A stretch of DNA of 64,000 nt. It comes from an uncultured Candidatus Saccharibacteria bacterium (GTDB lineage Bacteria; Patescibacteriota; Minisyncoccia; Phycocordibacterales; EsbW-18). The stretch lies in contig CAYUSN010000001.1 in the NCBI GenBank assembly GCA_964447415.1, positions 185,727 to 249,726 on the forward strand. Direction: 5' to 3'. Below are positions 28,659-38,239 of the stretch, in pieces; position 1 is the stretch's first letter; each line of letters opens with the position of its first letter. The notes beneath the pieces were generated by a model. That model was not told the origin of the DNA, did no database searches, and saw only the letters and a program-made list of their open reading frames with translations. Made by a program: the position numbers and the translations under genes.

Positions 28659-29804
28659 ATGAGATACGCACTGTTTTTTATTTGTACCGCTGCGTGTACG
28701 CCGTTGTTTGCGCATGCGTCGGTTGTTATCAACGAGGTCGCATGGATGGGAACGGCGGTATCTGCAAACGACGAATGGATTGAGTTGTACAACGACGGCG
28801 CTGAGACAGTAGTGCTTGACGGGTGGGTGCTGAAAGGGGAGGACGGCACACCGAATATTGCGCTGTCCGGAACCGTCAACAGCGGTGACTATTTTTTATT
28901 GGAACGCACTGACGATGAAACAGTACCGAGTATTCCCGCGGACGTCATATATTCGGGAGCGCTCGGAAATGAAACCGAAAACCTTTCGCTTGTTGATGCT
29001 GGAGGCGCAATAATCGATTCGATACAGAGCGGAGAGAACTGGTCACTCGGCGGGGACAACACAACGAAACATACTGCACAACGGCAGGCAGACGGGTCGT
29101 GGATTACGGGAGTGCCGTCACCGCGCGCGGCAAACAGCACGGAAAACACGAAAACGGCGGAAACGCCAGGAGGGGAAGTTGCGGGAACAAGCACGAGCAA
29201 AAAAACTTCCGCAAAAACAACGGGTGGGTATACGCAAAAAGTGCATGCATATGCAGGTCAGGATTTTGAAACGGTCGCGGGGGCGTACGCGTTTTTTGAA
29301 GGGTACGGTGTTGATGAGAAGAGCGAACGTCTTGGTTTTGTGCGCTACACGTGGACGTTCGGTGACGGAGCCACGGGGCGCGGAGAAAGCATGCGTCATA
29401 TCTACCATTTTCCCGGCACGTACACCGCGGTGCTGTCGGTATCGGGAGAAAATCAAAAATCACGCGATAAGGTGATGGTTTCTGTTACGGAACCGCTTGT
29501 GGCGATACCGCATGTGGTGTACGGAGCGCGCGGCTATATCGCGGTGCGCAATGAAAGCGCACGTGAGCTTGATCTCTCGGGTTGGCGGTTGCGCCTCAAA
29601 TCCGAAACCAAAGACAGCGCGACATTTACCTTCCCGCACGCGACTTTGATTGCACCCCATACCACAATTCCGTTTCCGTCGGCGGTAACCGATATAAAGC
29701 CGAAAGATTCCGATAGAATTTCACTGATATTGCCCAATGGAAAAACAATCGCAAAATACGTGGGGTCCGCGTATGTTGCGCCCGATATTGAGAAAGAAAA
29801 ATAA
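28659..29804 (+). CDS. Secreted protein with N-terminal lamin-tail domain, central PKD domain and C-terminal LTD-like domain
   Basis: Signal peptide MRYALFFICTAACTPLFAHA; LTD motifs VVINEVAWMGT...NDEWIELYNDG...GWVLKG; PKD-like YTWTFGDGATG...GTYTAVLSVSG; second YIAVRNESARELDLSGWRLRL. Confidence 0.7.
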   Translation: MRYALFFICTAACTPLFAHASVVINEVAWMGTAVSANDEWIELYNDGAETVVLDGWVLKGEDGTPNIALSGTVNSGDYFLLERTDDETVPSIPADVIYSGALGNETENLSLVDAGGAIIDSIQSGENWSLGGDNTTKHTAQRQADGSWITGVPSPRAANSTENTKTAETPGGEVAGTSTSKKTSAKTTGGYTQKVHAYAGQDFETVAGAYAFFEGYGVDEKSERLGFVRYTWTFGDGATGRGESMRHIYHFPGTYTAVLSVSGENQKSRDKVMVSVTEPLVAIPHVVYGARGYIAVRNESARELDLSGWRLRLKSETKDSATFTFPHATLIAPHTTIPFPSAVTDIKPKDSDRISLILPNGKTIAKYVGSAYVAPDIEKEK

Positions 29805-29805
29805 T

Positions 29806-29946
29806 ATGCTGTGGGTGATTGCAATCGGGGTGCTTGGCGGTGTCTGTTTGGTACGTGCGGTGCACTATTTTGAAGCGCTCGAAAAAACACACGAGCCGTC
29901 GCTCTCCGACGGCATCGAAATCATAGAAGAGGATGTGTTAGGATGA
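29806..29946 (+). CDS. Putative 46-aa single-TM micro-protein
   Basis: ATG 1 nt after upstream stop; hydrophobic MLWVIAIGVLGGVCLV; low confidence. Confidence 0.25.
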   Translation: MLWVIAIGVLGGVCLVRAVHYFEALEKTHEPSLSDGIEIIEEDVLG

Positions 29947-29950
29947 AAGG

Positions 29951-31144
29951 GTGGAACCCAAACGAATCCTTATTTTTTCCCTTTTTTACGGTCCTTTTTG
30001 GGGCGGGGCGGAGCTTGCGGTGAAAGAAATCACCAACCGGATTGCACCTGAAGACATGGAATTTGACATGGTGACGCTCCGTGCGGACGCGAGTCTACCT
30101 GCAGTTGAAAAAGTCGGAAATATTACCGTGTATCGTATCGGTCCTTCAAAACACGGCATGACACACGAAGCACTGAAGCGTTTTCCGTGGTACTTCATCA
30201 AAGTGCTGTTTCCGGTGCTGGCTGCGCTTAAGGCAAAAAAACTTTCCAAAAAAAATACGTACAGCGCCATGTGGAGTCTTATGACGTACATGGGATTTCC
30301 CGCGGTTCTTGCTCGAATGTTCGGTTTTCGCGTGCCGTATGTGTTGACGTTGCAGGACGGGGACACGGTCGGGCATATCACCGACCGTGCGCGCATCAGG
30401 TTTGTGTTTCCGCTTCTGAAAAAAGTGTTCCGTGACGCGGCGCGCGTGCAGGTCATTTCAAACTACCTCGGCGTATTTGCAAAACACATGGGGTGTCGTG
30501 CGGATCCGGTGCTTATTCCCAACGGCGTAGATATCGCGCGGTTTACGAACGTTGACCGCGGTGACGTTGAAAAGGTTACCGCCGAACTTCACAAAAAAGA
30601 AGGCGAGTTGTTTCTGGTGACGACATCGCGTCTTGTTGAAAAAAACGGCATTGCCGACGTTATAGACGCACTCCACGATATTTCCGGCGTGCGGTTTCTT
30701 ATACTCGGTGACGGTCATCTGCGCGCGGCGCTGGAACAACGCGCGCGCGAGAAAAATGTCTCGGATAAGGTCGTTTTTCTCGGGCACATATCACCGGACA
30801 AAATCCCCACATATCTTCATGCGTCAGATATTTTTATCAGGGCCTCGCTTTCCGAAGGGTTGGGAAGCAGTTTTCTGGAAGCGATGTGTGCGGGACTACC
30901 GGTAATTGCAACGCCCGTCGGCGGTATCCCCGATTTTTTGTTTGACATAGAAGAGTACGGAGAAAAAGCAACAGGTGTCTTTTGTGAACCGAATAATCCC
31001 GAAAGTGTTGCGTTTGCGGTAAAACGATTAGTGCAGGACGCAGGCATGCGGCAAAGAATCTCAAAAAATGCTCGGAACATGGTACTTTCGTCGTACGATT
31101 GGGACGATATTGCCGTCCGGATGCGCGACGTGCTTACCGCTTGA
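29951..31144 (+). CDS. Glycosyltransferase family 4 (GT-B fold)
   Basis: C-terminal GT4 signature EGLGSSFLEAMCAGLPVIATPVGG. Confidence 0.8.
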   Translation: MEPKRILIFSLFYGPFWGGAELAVKEITNRIAPEDMEFDMVTLRADASLPAVEKVGNITVYRIGPSKHGMTHEALKRFPWYFIKVLFPVLAALKAKKLSKKNTYSAMWSLMTYMGFPAVLARMFGFRVPYVLTLQDGDTVGHITDRARIRFVFPLLKKVFRDAARVQVISNYLGVFAKHMGCRADPVLIPNGVDIARFTNVDRGDVEKVTAELHKKEGELFLVTTSRLVEKNGIADVIDALHDISGVRFLILGDGHLRAALEQRAREKNVSDKVVFLGHISPDKIPTYLHASDIFIRASLSEGLGSSFLEAMCAGLPVIATPVGGIPDFLFDIEEYGEKATGVFCEPNNPESVAFAVKRLVQDAGMRQRISKNARNMVLSSYDWDDIAVRMRDVLTA

Positions 31145-31149
31145 TTTTT

Positions 31150-31362
31150 TTGTCACCCTCACGTACTGTGGCGGTGCCCTCCGTGGTCGCTTGTGACGGA
31201 TCTCGGTTGCGTCGAAGCTGTGGTTCCCCCGGTCGAAACTCCGTCGGCCGCACGTTGCGCGGGAACGCAGCACCCCCCTCCGCCGTCTCCTTTCAGGGGA
31301 TATAGGCGGATGGCGCGGACGCATCCGACCCTCGCACTCGATGCACGGAGGGTCTTTTTTTG
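31150..31362 (+). promoter_or_regulatory. GC-rich ~200-nt structured non-coding region ending in an intrinsic terminator (gaccctcgcactcgatgcacggagggtcttttttt), upstream of a glycosyltransferase gene
   Basis: No credible ORF (only an Arg/Ser-rich frame); multiple G/C runs and a canonical terminator at ~31327-31362 just 15 nt before the next gene start. Confidence 0.3.
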
Positions 31363-31376
31363 TGTACTATAGGACT

Positions 31377-32396
31377 ATGCGCATCTTGATTGCCACAGGT
31401 ATTTATCCTCCGCAGGCAGGAGGGCCGTCGTACTACTCAAAGAGTCTCAAAGAAGCCCTTGAAAAACTGGGGCATAAGGTTTCGGTGCGAACCTTTACCG
31501 TTGAACGGCATCTTCCGACGGGGGTACGCCATGTGGTGTATTTTCTTAAAACACTTCCCGCATACTGGTGGGCGGATGCGGCAATTGTGATGGACACCTT
31601 TTCGGTTGCGGTGCCGGTTGCACTCATGAAAAAGTGGTTTGGAGGAAAAATGATTATCCGCACCGGCGGTGATTTTTTATGGGAACAGTTTGTGGAGCGG
31701 ACCGGACAGAAGGTGTTGTTCTCGGAGTTTTACACAGGGCACCGCTACCTTACAAAAAAAGAACAGATGATTCTGCGCCTGACCCGCTGGGCGCTCTCGT
31801 TTGCCGACCACATCGTATTTAACTCGGAATACCAGCGTCGGGTGTGGAAAGAACCGTACAATCTCGCATCCAAACACACCTCGGTCATCGAAAATGCGTT
31901 TAACCCGGAGGTGGGACAGTCGCAGTTGCCGACTGTTAAGAATTTTGTGTGTGTGTCGCGGCGGATAAAACTAAAAAACATCGAGGCGCTTGAAGAGGCG
32001 TTTCGTCAGGCGCAAAAAAAAGCACCCGGCATTCGTTTGGATGTGTACTATGATATTCCGCACAAAGAAGCGATGGAAAAACTGGCTGCATGCTACTGCG
32101 CAGTGCTGGTTTCTTTAAGCGACATTGCTCCGAATTTTGCCCTGGAGGCACTCACGCTCGGCAAGCCGATCATTCTTACCAAAGAAAACGGACTCTCTGA
32201 GCGTATCGGAAACGCAGCGCTGTACGTAAACCCTTTGAATATCGCAGAAATCACGGATGCCATCGTACAGATGGCAAATGACACTATATATGCCACATAT
32301 CTACAGCGTGTGGAGGAGTTTTCGCACGAGCGTTCGTATCAAAATATTGCACGTGAGTTTATCCACGTACTGACGAAAAAAGAGGGGACCGTCTAA
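31377..32396 (+). CDS. Glycosyltransferase (GT-B, GT4-like)
   Basis: N-terminal MRILIATGIYPPQAGGPSYY typical of GT4 N-domain; start moved from ORF-track 31341. Confidence 0.7.
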   Translation: MRILIATGIYPPQAGGPSYYSKSLKEALEKLGHKVSVRTFTVERHLPTGVRHVVYFLKTLPAYWWADAAIVMDTFSVAVPVALMKKWFGGKMIIRTGGDFLWEQFVERTGQKVLFSEFYTGHRYLTKKEQMILRLTRWALSFADHIVFNSEYQRRVWKEPYNLASKHTSVIENAFNPEVGQSQLPTVKNFVCVSRRIKLKNIEALEEAFRQAQKKAPGIRLDVYYDIPHKEAMEKLAACYCAVLVSLSDIAPNFALEALTLGKPIILTKENGLSERIGNAALYVNPLNIAEITDAIVQMANDTIYATYLQRVEEFSHERSYQNIAREFIHVLTKKEGTV

Positions 32397-33298
32397 AGAG
32401 ACAAGGTTTTCATCCACTCGTATGTTGCCGCAAGGCCCTGGTCCCACGGCGTTGCCGCTTTCCAACCGAGCAGGTGTTCGGCCTTCGACGCGTCAACATC
32501 TTCCAGGATAGTTTGATTCTTACGTTGTGGAATAAAAGTGATTTCTGAAGATGAACCAGTGAGTGCTTTTATGTCGGTTGCCATCTTAATTGCTGAAACA
32601 CGCTCGGTTGTCGAAAGGTTAAAAATTTGTCCCAAGGAGACTTCTTTGTGTGAGAGTGGAGCTACCGTTCCTTCAACAAGATCGTCAACAAACGTGAGTG
32701 TTCTTTCCTGTTTGCCGTCGCCATGTACGGTGATGGGCTCTTTTTTCATTGCTTGTTTGAAGAACACAAACACCCCGAGCGCTTCGCGCATACCTTCGCC
32801 GTAGATGGTGGCGTATCGCAAAATTGTCCACGGCATACCGTAGTTGAGACCATATCCCCGCACAATCCATTCACCCGCATACTTACTGCACGCATACAAT
32901 TCAGACGGGTTCGGTAGCGTCACGTCTTCTTTTTCCGGGTGGTCTTTAACGTTACCGTAGACACAACACGTTGAGGTGTAGATGAGCCACTTGCCGTGTT
33001 TCGCGCAGGCGTATGCGACGTTGTGGGTGCCGTCGACATTAACCACAGTGCCCTTGAAACTGCCGGTCAAATCAACCATGCGCGTCATGTCAGCCTCCGC
33101 TGCGACATGAAGCACCGCATCGACACCCTCCACGGCTTTTTCCACCGCGTCGCGGTCCAAAAGATCAAAACCATCCAATATGTCAAACCCGACGACCTCA
33201 TGGCCGAGCTCTTTGAGTCGCTGTTCCACTTTGCGGGCGATGAATCCGCGATTACCGGTAAGGAGTATTCTAAGTTTGTCTTTTTTCAAAAAATCCAT
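32393..33298 (-). CDS. NAD-dependent epimerase/dehydratase (SDR family)
   Basis: N-terminal Rossmann ILLTGNRGFIARKV; catalytic YxxxK (YACSKYAGE); start moved to MDFLKK (ORF-track N-extension is a hydrophobic read-through). Confidence 0.85.
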   Translation of the reverse strand: MDFLKKDKLRILLTGNRGFIARKVEQRLKELGHEVVGFDILDGFDLLDRDAVEKAVEGVDAVLHVAAEADMTRMVDLTGSFKGTVVNVDGTHNVAYACAKHGKWLIYTSTCCVYGNVKDHPEKEDVTLPNPSELYACSKYAGEWIVRGYGLNYGMPWTILRYATIYGEGMREALGVFVFFKQAMKKEPITVHGDGKQERTLTFVDDLVEGTVAPLSHKEVSLGQIFNLSTTERVSAIKMATDIKALTGSSSEITFIPQRKNQTILEDVDASKAEHLLGWKAATPWDQGLAATYEWMKTLSL

Positions 33299-33414
33299 AT
33301 AAATCGCATCATAATTAAACTTGTATATAAACCACCGTAGAGAGTACCACCACCAATGCACAATGAGAAGAAGCGTAGAGTATACTGGTGGTATCCTTGC
33401 AGTAATACACATGT

Positions 33415-34512
33415 ATGACCTTGAACATTCTTTCTATCGGCTCGGATAAGAACCTGTTAGTACCGGGAAGCGCTGTGCGTGAGCGCATGGCGCTGTACGG
33501 TCAGGCATGTGACGAACTGCACATCATTATTCCCGGACTCGGAGGGACGGAAAAAATTTCCGACAATGTGTTTGTGCATCCGACAGGCACTGTAAATCCG
33601 CTCAAGCGGATGTCCGCTGCAGTTGCCGCAGGAAAAAAAATCGGGAACGTTGATTTGATTACCGCGCAGGATCCGTTTGAATACGGATTTGCGGCGCTGA
33701 AGCTGGGTAGAAAACTCGGTGTTCCGGTGGAGTTGCAGGTGCACACTGATATCAGCAGTCCGTATTTTAAAAAAGATCTCAAAAACAAGACGCGCATGGT
33801 GAATATCAAGAGGCGTCTGGCGCGTGCGGCGAGCGTCCGCGTGGTGTCCGAACGGGTTGCGCATGCGGTTGAGAAACTCGCCGTGCCGCGCGGGCGCATT
33901 TCGGTACTCCCCGTATTTGTGGATGCAAAGAAATTTATTGCTGTGTCACACATACCTTCTGAGAAGGAAAAAATTATTCTCATGGCGGGTCGATTAGAGA
34001 AAGAAAAAGAGTATCCGTCGGCACTCAAGGCGTTTGCCCGTGTGCACGCGCACATTTCTGAGGCGCGTTTGCATATTGCCGGCGACGGAGCGCTCAAAGT
34101 ACCGCTTGTCGCTCAGGCGCGGATGCTCGGAGTTGCCGGCGCGGTCGTGTTTCTCGGCGCGGTGAAAGAAGTGACCACACATTTGGCGCAGGCGCATGTG
34201 TTTTTGCACACGTCGCAATATGAAGGCTTCGGCGCGGTATTGGCGGAGGCGGCGCTCGCGGGTGTGCCGATTGTCTCAACCGACGTCGGTATTGCCGGAA
34301 CACTCTTGAAAGACGGAGAACATGCGCGAGTTGTTCCGGTCGGCGATATTGATACACTGACGGGCGCACTGCTTGAAACAATTACCCGACCACACAAAGC
34401 GCACGAACGGGCGCTTGCCGCGTCTGCGTGGATGCACAAAAATCTGCTGTCGCCGGATGAGTATGTTGCAAAATTGAAATCAATTTGGCAGAAAACTGCG
34501 GAAAAGAAATAG
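33415..34512 (+). CDS. Glycosyltransferase family 4
   Basis: EGFGAVLAEAALAGVPIVSTDVG motif. Confidence 0.8.
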   Translation: MTLNILSIGSDKNLLVPGSAVRERMALYGQACDELHIIIPGLGGTEKISDNVFVHPTGTVNPLKRMSAAVAAGKKIGNVDLITAQDPFEYGFAALKLGRKLGVPVELQVHTDISSPYFKKDLKNKTRMVNIKRRLARAASVRVVSERVAHAVEKLAVPRGRISVLPVFVDAKKFIAVSHIPSEKEKIILMAGRLEKEKEYPSALKAFARVHAHISEARLHIAGDGALKVPLVAQARMLGVAGAVVFLGAVKEVTTHLAQAHVFLHTSQYEGFGAVLAEAALAGVPIVSTDVGIAGTLLKDGEHARVVPVGDIDTLTGALLETITRPHKAHERALAASAWMHKNLLSPDEYVAKLKSIWQKTAEKK

Positions 34513-34540
34513 GTACGCGTCCCGTTAGAGTTCAAAAAGT

Positions 34541-34804
34541 ATGTTTTACGTCTACATAATCAGAAGCAGTACAACGGGTCGTTTGTATACCGGAAGCACA
34601 GGAGACCTACGGAAACGCTTGTATGAGCACAACACTGCGAACAAGCGATCGTGGACAAAAGGTGGCCGTCCGTGGAAAGTCATCTATTATGAAGCATGTT
34701 TAAATGAAGATGACGCGCAGTCGAGAGAAAAATACCTTAAATCTGGACCTGGCAAACGTTTTATCAAAAATCGCATCAAGCGTTTCCTAACTCTAACGGG
34801 ATGA
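34541..34804 (+). CDS. GIY-YIG nuclease-family small protein (UPF0213/YhbQ-like)
   Basis: FYVYIIRSSTTGRLYTGSTGDLRKRLYEH...REKYLKSG matches GIY-YIG catalytic motifs. Confidence 0.75.
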   Translation: MFYVYIIRSSTTGRLYTGSTGDLRKRLYEHNTANKRSWTKGGRPWKVIYYEACLNEDDAQSREKYLKSGPGKRFIKNRIKRFLTLTG

Positions 34805-35847
34805 GGCTTCTTATCATCACACAAGTTGTTGACTCCACGCATCCTATCTTGGGTTTTTTTCATCGGTGGCTTGAAGAATTTGCACAGCATTGCAAAGGGG
34901 TCATTGTGATTTGTCTGTACGAGGGCACGCATGACCTGCCGAAAAACGTGCGGGTGTTGTCGCTCGGAAAGGAGAGCGGTGTGTCGCGGTTGAAATACCT
35001 CAAACGATTTTTTGCGTATATTTGGAACGAGCGAAAAAATTATGATGCGGTGTTTGTCCACATGAATCAAATCTACGTGCTGCTCGGCGGTTTGTTGTGG
35101 CGGCTTTTAGGTAAGCGCGTTGCGCTGTGGTATGCGCACGGCTCCGTTCCTTTTTCACTTCTCCTTTCAATTCCGCTTGTGCATACCGTTTTTACTTCGA
35201 CAAGACACGGATTTCGCGTTGCCACCCGAAAGCGACGGATTGTAGGTCAGGGTATAGACCTCTCGGAGTTCCCATACCATGAACACAACGGCGCCGATGC
35301 ATTTCGTCTCATTACTGTCGGTAGGATTTCTCCGGTAAAGCATCTTGAAATTCTTATTGATGCCGTGGCGCTCATGCACAGCAGGGAAGCGCCATGTGTC
35401 TTTACCATTGTCGGTGATGCCGACGGCGCGCGTGCGCGCGCATACAAATATAAACTTATTGAGCAGGTGCGCGGACGTGATTTAGAGAGTGCGGTGACGT
35501 GGAAGGGCTCACAGCCGCACGACACCATTGCGTCGCTTGTCGGCGCGCACGACGTGTTTTTGCATGCGAGTCGCACGGGAAGTCTGGACAAATCGGTGCT
35601 CGAGGCGCTTGCGGTAGGTACCTTGCCGGTGACCTGCGATGCGACACTTGCACGTGAATTACCTGATGCTTTGAAAGCATTGTGTGTGGTGTCAGGACAC
35701 GATGTGAAATCGTATGTCCGCGCGCTCATGAATATCCGCGCACTCTCTGATTCAGAAAGTGACCGTCTTCGCGCAATGGGCCGTGAATATGTGGCAAAAA
35801 ATCACTCAATTAACCGTCTTGTTCCGCGAATAATGTCTTCTTTGTAG
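34801..35847 (+). CDS. Glycosyltransferase (GT-B fold)
   Basis: C-terminal GT-B nucleotide-binding pattern (HDVFLHASRTGSLDKSVLEALAVGTLPV). Confidence 0.65.
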   Translation: MRLLIITQVVDSTHPILGFFHRWLEEFAQHCKGVIVICLYEGTHDLPKNVRVLSLGKESGVSRLKYLKRFFAYIWNERKNYDAVFVHMNQIYVLLGGLLWRLLGKRVALWYAHGSVPFSLLLSIPLVHTVFTSTRHGFRVATRKRRIVGQGIDLSEFPYHEHNGADAFRLITVGRISPVKHLEILIDAVALMHSREAPCVFTIVGDADGARARAYKYKLIEQVRGRDLESAVTWKGSQPHDTIASLVGAHDVFLHASRTGSLDKSVLEALAVGTLPVTCDATLARELPDALKALCVVSGHDVKSYVRALMNIRALSDSESDRLRAMGREYVAKNHSINRLVPRIMSSL

Positions 35848-35876
35848 TGTAAAAAACGCCGACACGGCGTGGTATA

Positions 35877-36518
35877 GTGCTCTCTATGGATGCGCAAAAA
35901 TTTGAGAATGCACGCTGGCGTTCAGGAGACCAAAAACGGCAGTTTCGTCATCTCGCATGTGTCGGTTTAATCGACGGCGGAAGTGTGCTTGATGTCGGCT
36001 GTGGTGACGGGCTCCTGCTCTCAATGTTGCGTGAAAAAGGGGTAACCGGCGAAGGTGTCGATTTTTCAGACGAAGCAATTAAAAAGTGCACCGAAAAAAA
36101 TATCAAAGCAACACAGCATGATCTTTCTGAGAGGTTTCCGTTTGCGGACGGCTCATTTGACTGCGTGATTGCGCTTGACGTACTGGAACACCAGTTTAAT
36201 CCGCTTGCGGTTCTTCGTGAAATGACGCGTGTATCACGGAAAAACATTATCGTCGGGGTACCGAATTTTTCATCGCTTCCGGCGCGGCTGCAGATGCTGT
36301 TTGGGGGGGTTCCCGAAAACAACAAGCCAAACAAGGGTCATGTGTACTGGTTTAACTACCATGTATTGAAAAACCTTACCGACCAATCAGGGTTGACGGT
36401 GAAGGCATATCGGGCAAATACATTCAGACCGCTGTCTTTCTTCGGGAACTTTTTCCAGAATACTTTTCCAAACTCCTGCGCGCTGTCATTTGTCGTTCAT
36501 TTTGTTAAAAAAACATGA
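35877..36518 (+). CDS. Class I SAM-dependent methyltransferase
   Basis: Motif I VLDVGCGDG; motif post-I/II present. Confidence 0.75.
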   Translation: MLSMDAQKFENARWRSGDQKRQFRHLACVGLIDGGSVLDVGCGDGLLLSMLREKGVTGEGVDFSDEAIKKCTEKNIKATQHDLSERFPFADGSFDCVIALDVLEHQFNPLAVLREMTRVSRKNIIVGVPNFSSLPARLQMLFGGVPENNKPNKGHVYWFNYHVLKNLTDQSGLTVKAYRANTFRPLSFFGNFFQNTFPNSCALSFVVHFVKKT

Positions 36519-37120
36519 ACCCGAAACAACTCTCACTATCTATTTTTACCCGCACAGGTTTTCCGAAAGAGAACCCGTTTCCCGGAAAACGCATCCTGCA
36601 CATCGGGTGCGGGCACGATAAACTTCCCGGCGCGGTCGGTATGGACATGCTCTCGCTTCCGGAAGTAGACACCGTACACAACCTTGATATCGTTCCGTGG
36701 CCGCTGAAAGACGCCTCATTTGATGTGATTTTCGGTCATAGTGTGTTGGAGCACGTAACGGACATTGTGGGGTTCATGGATGAGGCGTGGCGCGTGCTTG
36801 CTCCGGGCGGACGGCTTATTGTTGCCGTTCCGTATTTCCGTTCAACGGACAGTTTTACCGACATCACACACAAACATTTTTTCACCTCTGAGTCGATGGA
36901 ATATTTTTTTGAAAACAACTCATCAAAATCAAAATTCGATTACAGCCGGTATAAATGGAAAAAAATAGGTTTTTGGTACGGATGGCCCGCATCTTCAAAA
37001 AATATACTTACACGTCTGTTCAAAAGCTTTATTCAGAGACACCCGTTATGGTATGACCGCACGCTCTCAATTTTTGTTCCGGTGAAGAACCTTGTGTGGG
37101 AAGCGGAGCCGAAGAAGTAA
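36515..37120 (+). CDS. Class I SAM-dependent methyltransferase
   Basis: ILHIGCGHD motif I; VLEHV; overlaps upstream stop. Confidence 0.75.
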   Translation: MNPKQLSLSIFTRTGFPKENPFPGKRILHIGCGHDKLPGAVGMDMLSLPEVDTVHNLDIVPWPLKDASFDVIFGHSVLEHVTDIVGFMDEAWRVLAPGGRLIVAVPYFRSTDSFTDITHKHFFTSESMEYFFENNSSKSKFDYSRYKWKKIGFWYGWPASSKNILTRLFKSFIQRHPLWYDRTLSIFVPVKNLVWEAEPKK

Positions 37121-38239
37121 ATGGAGAAATACGTACGACATGTCGGGATTATCGTTGAACCCTACGAGACCGCCGAACCGTCGGGGCTTGCGTACGTGAC
37201 CGTCGAATATACCCGCGGACTTGTTGCGCTTAACAGTGACGCGCGGATGACGGTGTACTCAAAACAACCGTTCAACCTTTTTCCTCTTCCTGTGCATGTC
37301 CGCAACGTGATTGTGCCGAAGTCGCTTCTCGGAAAGAACTGGTATTTTTTGAAACGGTATCTGTGTGCGCGGCACGAACTGCCCGATGTGCTGGTATTCA
37401 ACATGCCGCTTCTGCCGTTTTTCCTCCCGAAAGCGCTGAAGACGGTCATTTTTTGTCATGAGGTGCTCTTTGAATCAGATATCTCGAATCTGTTCTCGCG
37501 CGTACGGAATGTGATATGGCGCCTGCTCGCACACCGAACCGTCTCCGCCGCCGCGGTGGTATGCACCGCAACACACGCGACCGCAAAAGAGGTGAGTGAA
37601 ACATACGGCATTCCTGAAGCGAACATCCGCGTTATTCCGCACGGTATCCGCACACTTCCGAAAGACATTGCGTCAAAAAAGGACTTCGGCGTTCCGTACT
37701 TTATATTTACCGGCAGGACGAAATACAAGAAAAATATGCACGGTATCATCGAAGGTTTTCTGCGCTTTAAAGAAAGAACGGGAAGTCCGCACGTGCTGTG
37801 TCTTGCGGGGAGAACGAAAGACACGCCGTATCTCATGCACTGGCTCTCTGAGGCGCAGCGTCGCGGATACGGAGATGTGATTGTGCGAACAGGGTATCTT
37901 CCCGAACCCGAACTGCTTTCTGCTATAAAAGGAGCCGATGCACTGGTATTTTGCAGTTTAGCCGAGGGTTTCGGACTTCCGGTTGCCGAGGCGATGAGTA
38001 TGGGGGTTCCTGTTATTACCTCTACGATTCCCGTGCTCGCAGAGGTCGCCGGTGACGCCGCACTACTCGTTGATCCGAAAGACCCTGACGCAATCGCACG
38101 TGCAATGACGGCGATTGCCGGTGACTCCTCACTTCGCGAGGAACTGTCACGCAAAGGACGTATACAGGCAGCGCAATTTACATGGCTCAACGCGCAGCGT
38201 GGGCTGCAGGATGCGGTAAATAGTGCCTATACGGTATGA
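37121..38239 (+). CDS. Glycosyltransferase family 4
   Basis: EGFGLPVAEAMSMGVPVITS motif. Confidence 0.8.
   Translation: MEKYVRHVGIIVEPYETAEPSGLAYVTVEYTRGLVALNSDARMTVYSKQPFNLFPLPVHVRNVIVPKSLLGKNWYFLKRYLCARHELPDVLVFNMPLLPFFLPKALKTVIFCHEVLFESDISNLFSRVRNVIWRLLAHRTVSAAAVVCTATHATAKEVSETYGIPEANIRVIPHGIRTLPKDIASKKDFGVPYFIFTGRTKYKKNMHGIIEGFLRFKERTGSPHVLCLAGRTKDTPYLMHWLSEAQRRGYGDVIVRTGYLPEPELLSAIKGADALVFCSLAEGFGLPVAEAMSMGVPVITSTIPVLAEVAGDAALLVDPKDPDAIARAMTAIAGDSSLREELSRKGRIQAAQFTWLNAQRGLQDAVNSAYTV

Noticed and set aside
29737-29946. 69-aa ORF-track entry spanning the LTD-protein stop
   Set aside because: Its first 23 codons are an alternative frame of the upstream gene's 3' end. Only the downstream 46-aa portion (from 29806) is plausibly independent, and even that is low-confidence.
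32393-33412. 38-aa N-terminal extension of the epimerase (MCITARIPPVYSTLLLIVHWWWYSLRWFIYKF...)
   Set aside because: Hydrophobic read-through with no SD; the Rossmann motif requires a start at MDFLKK.
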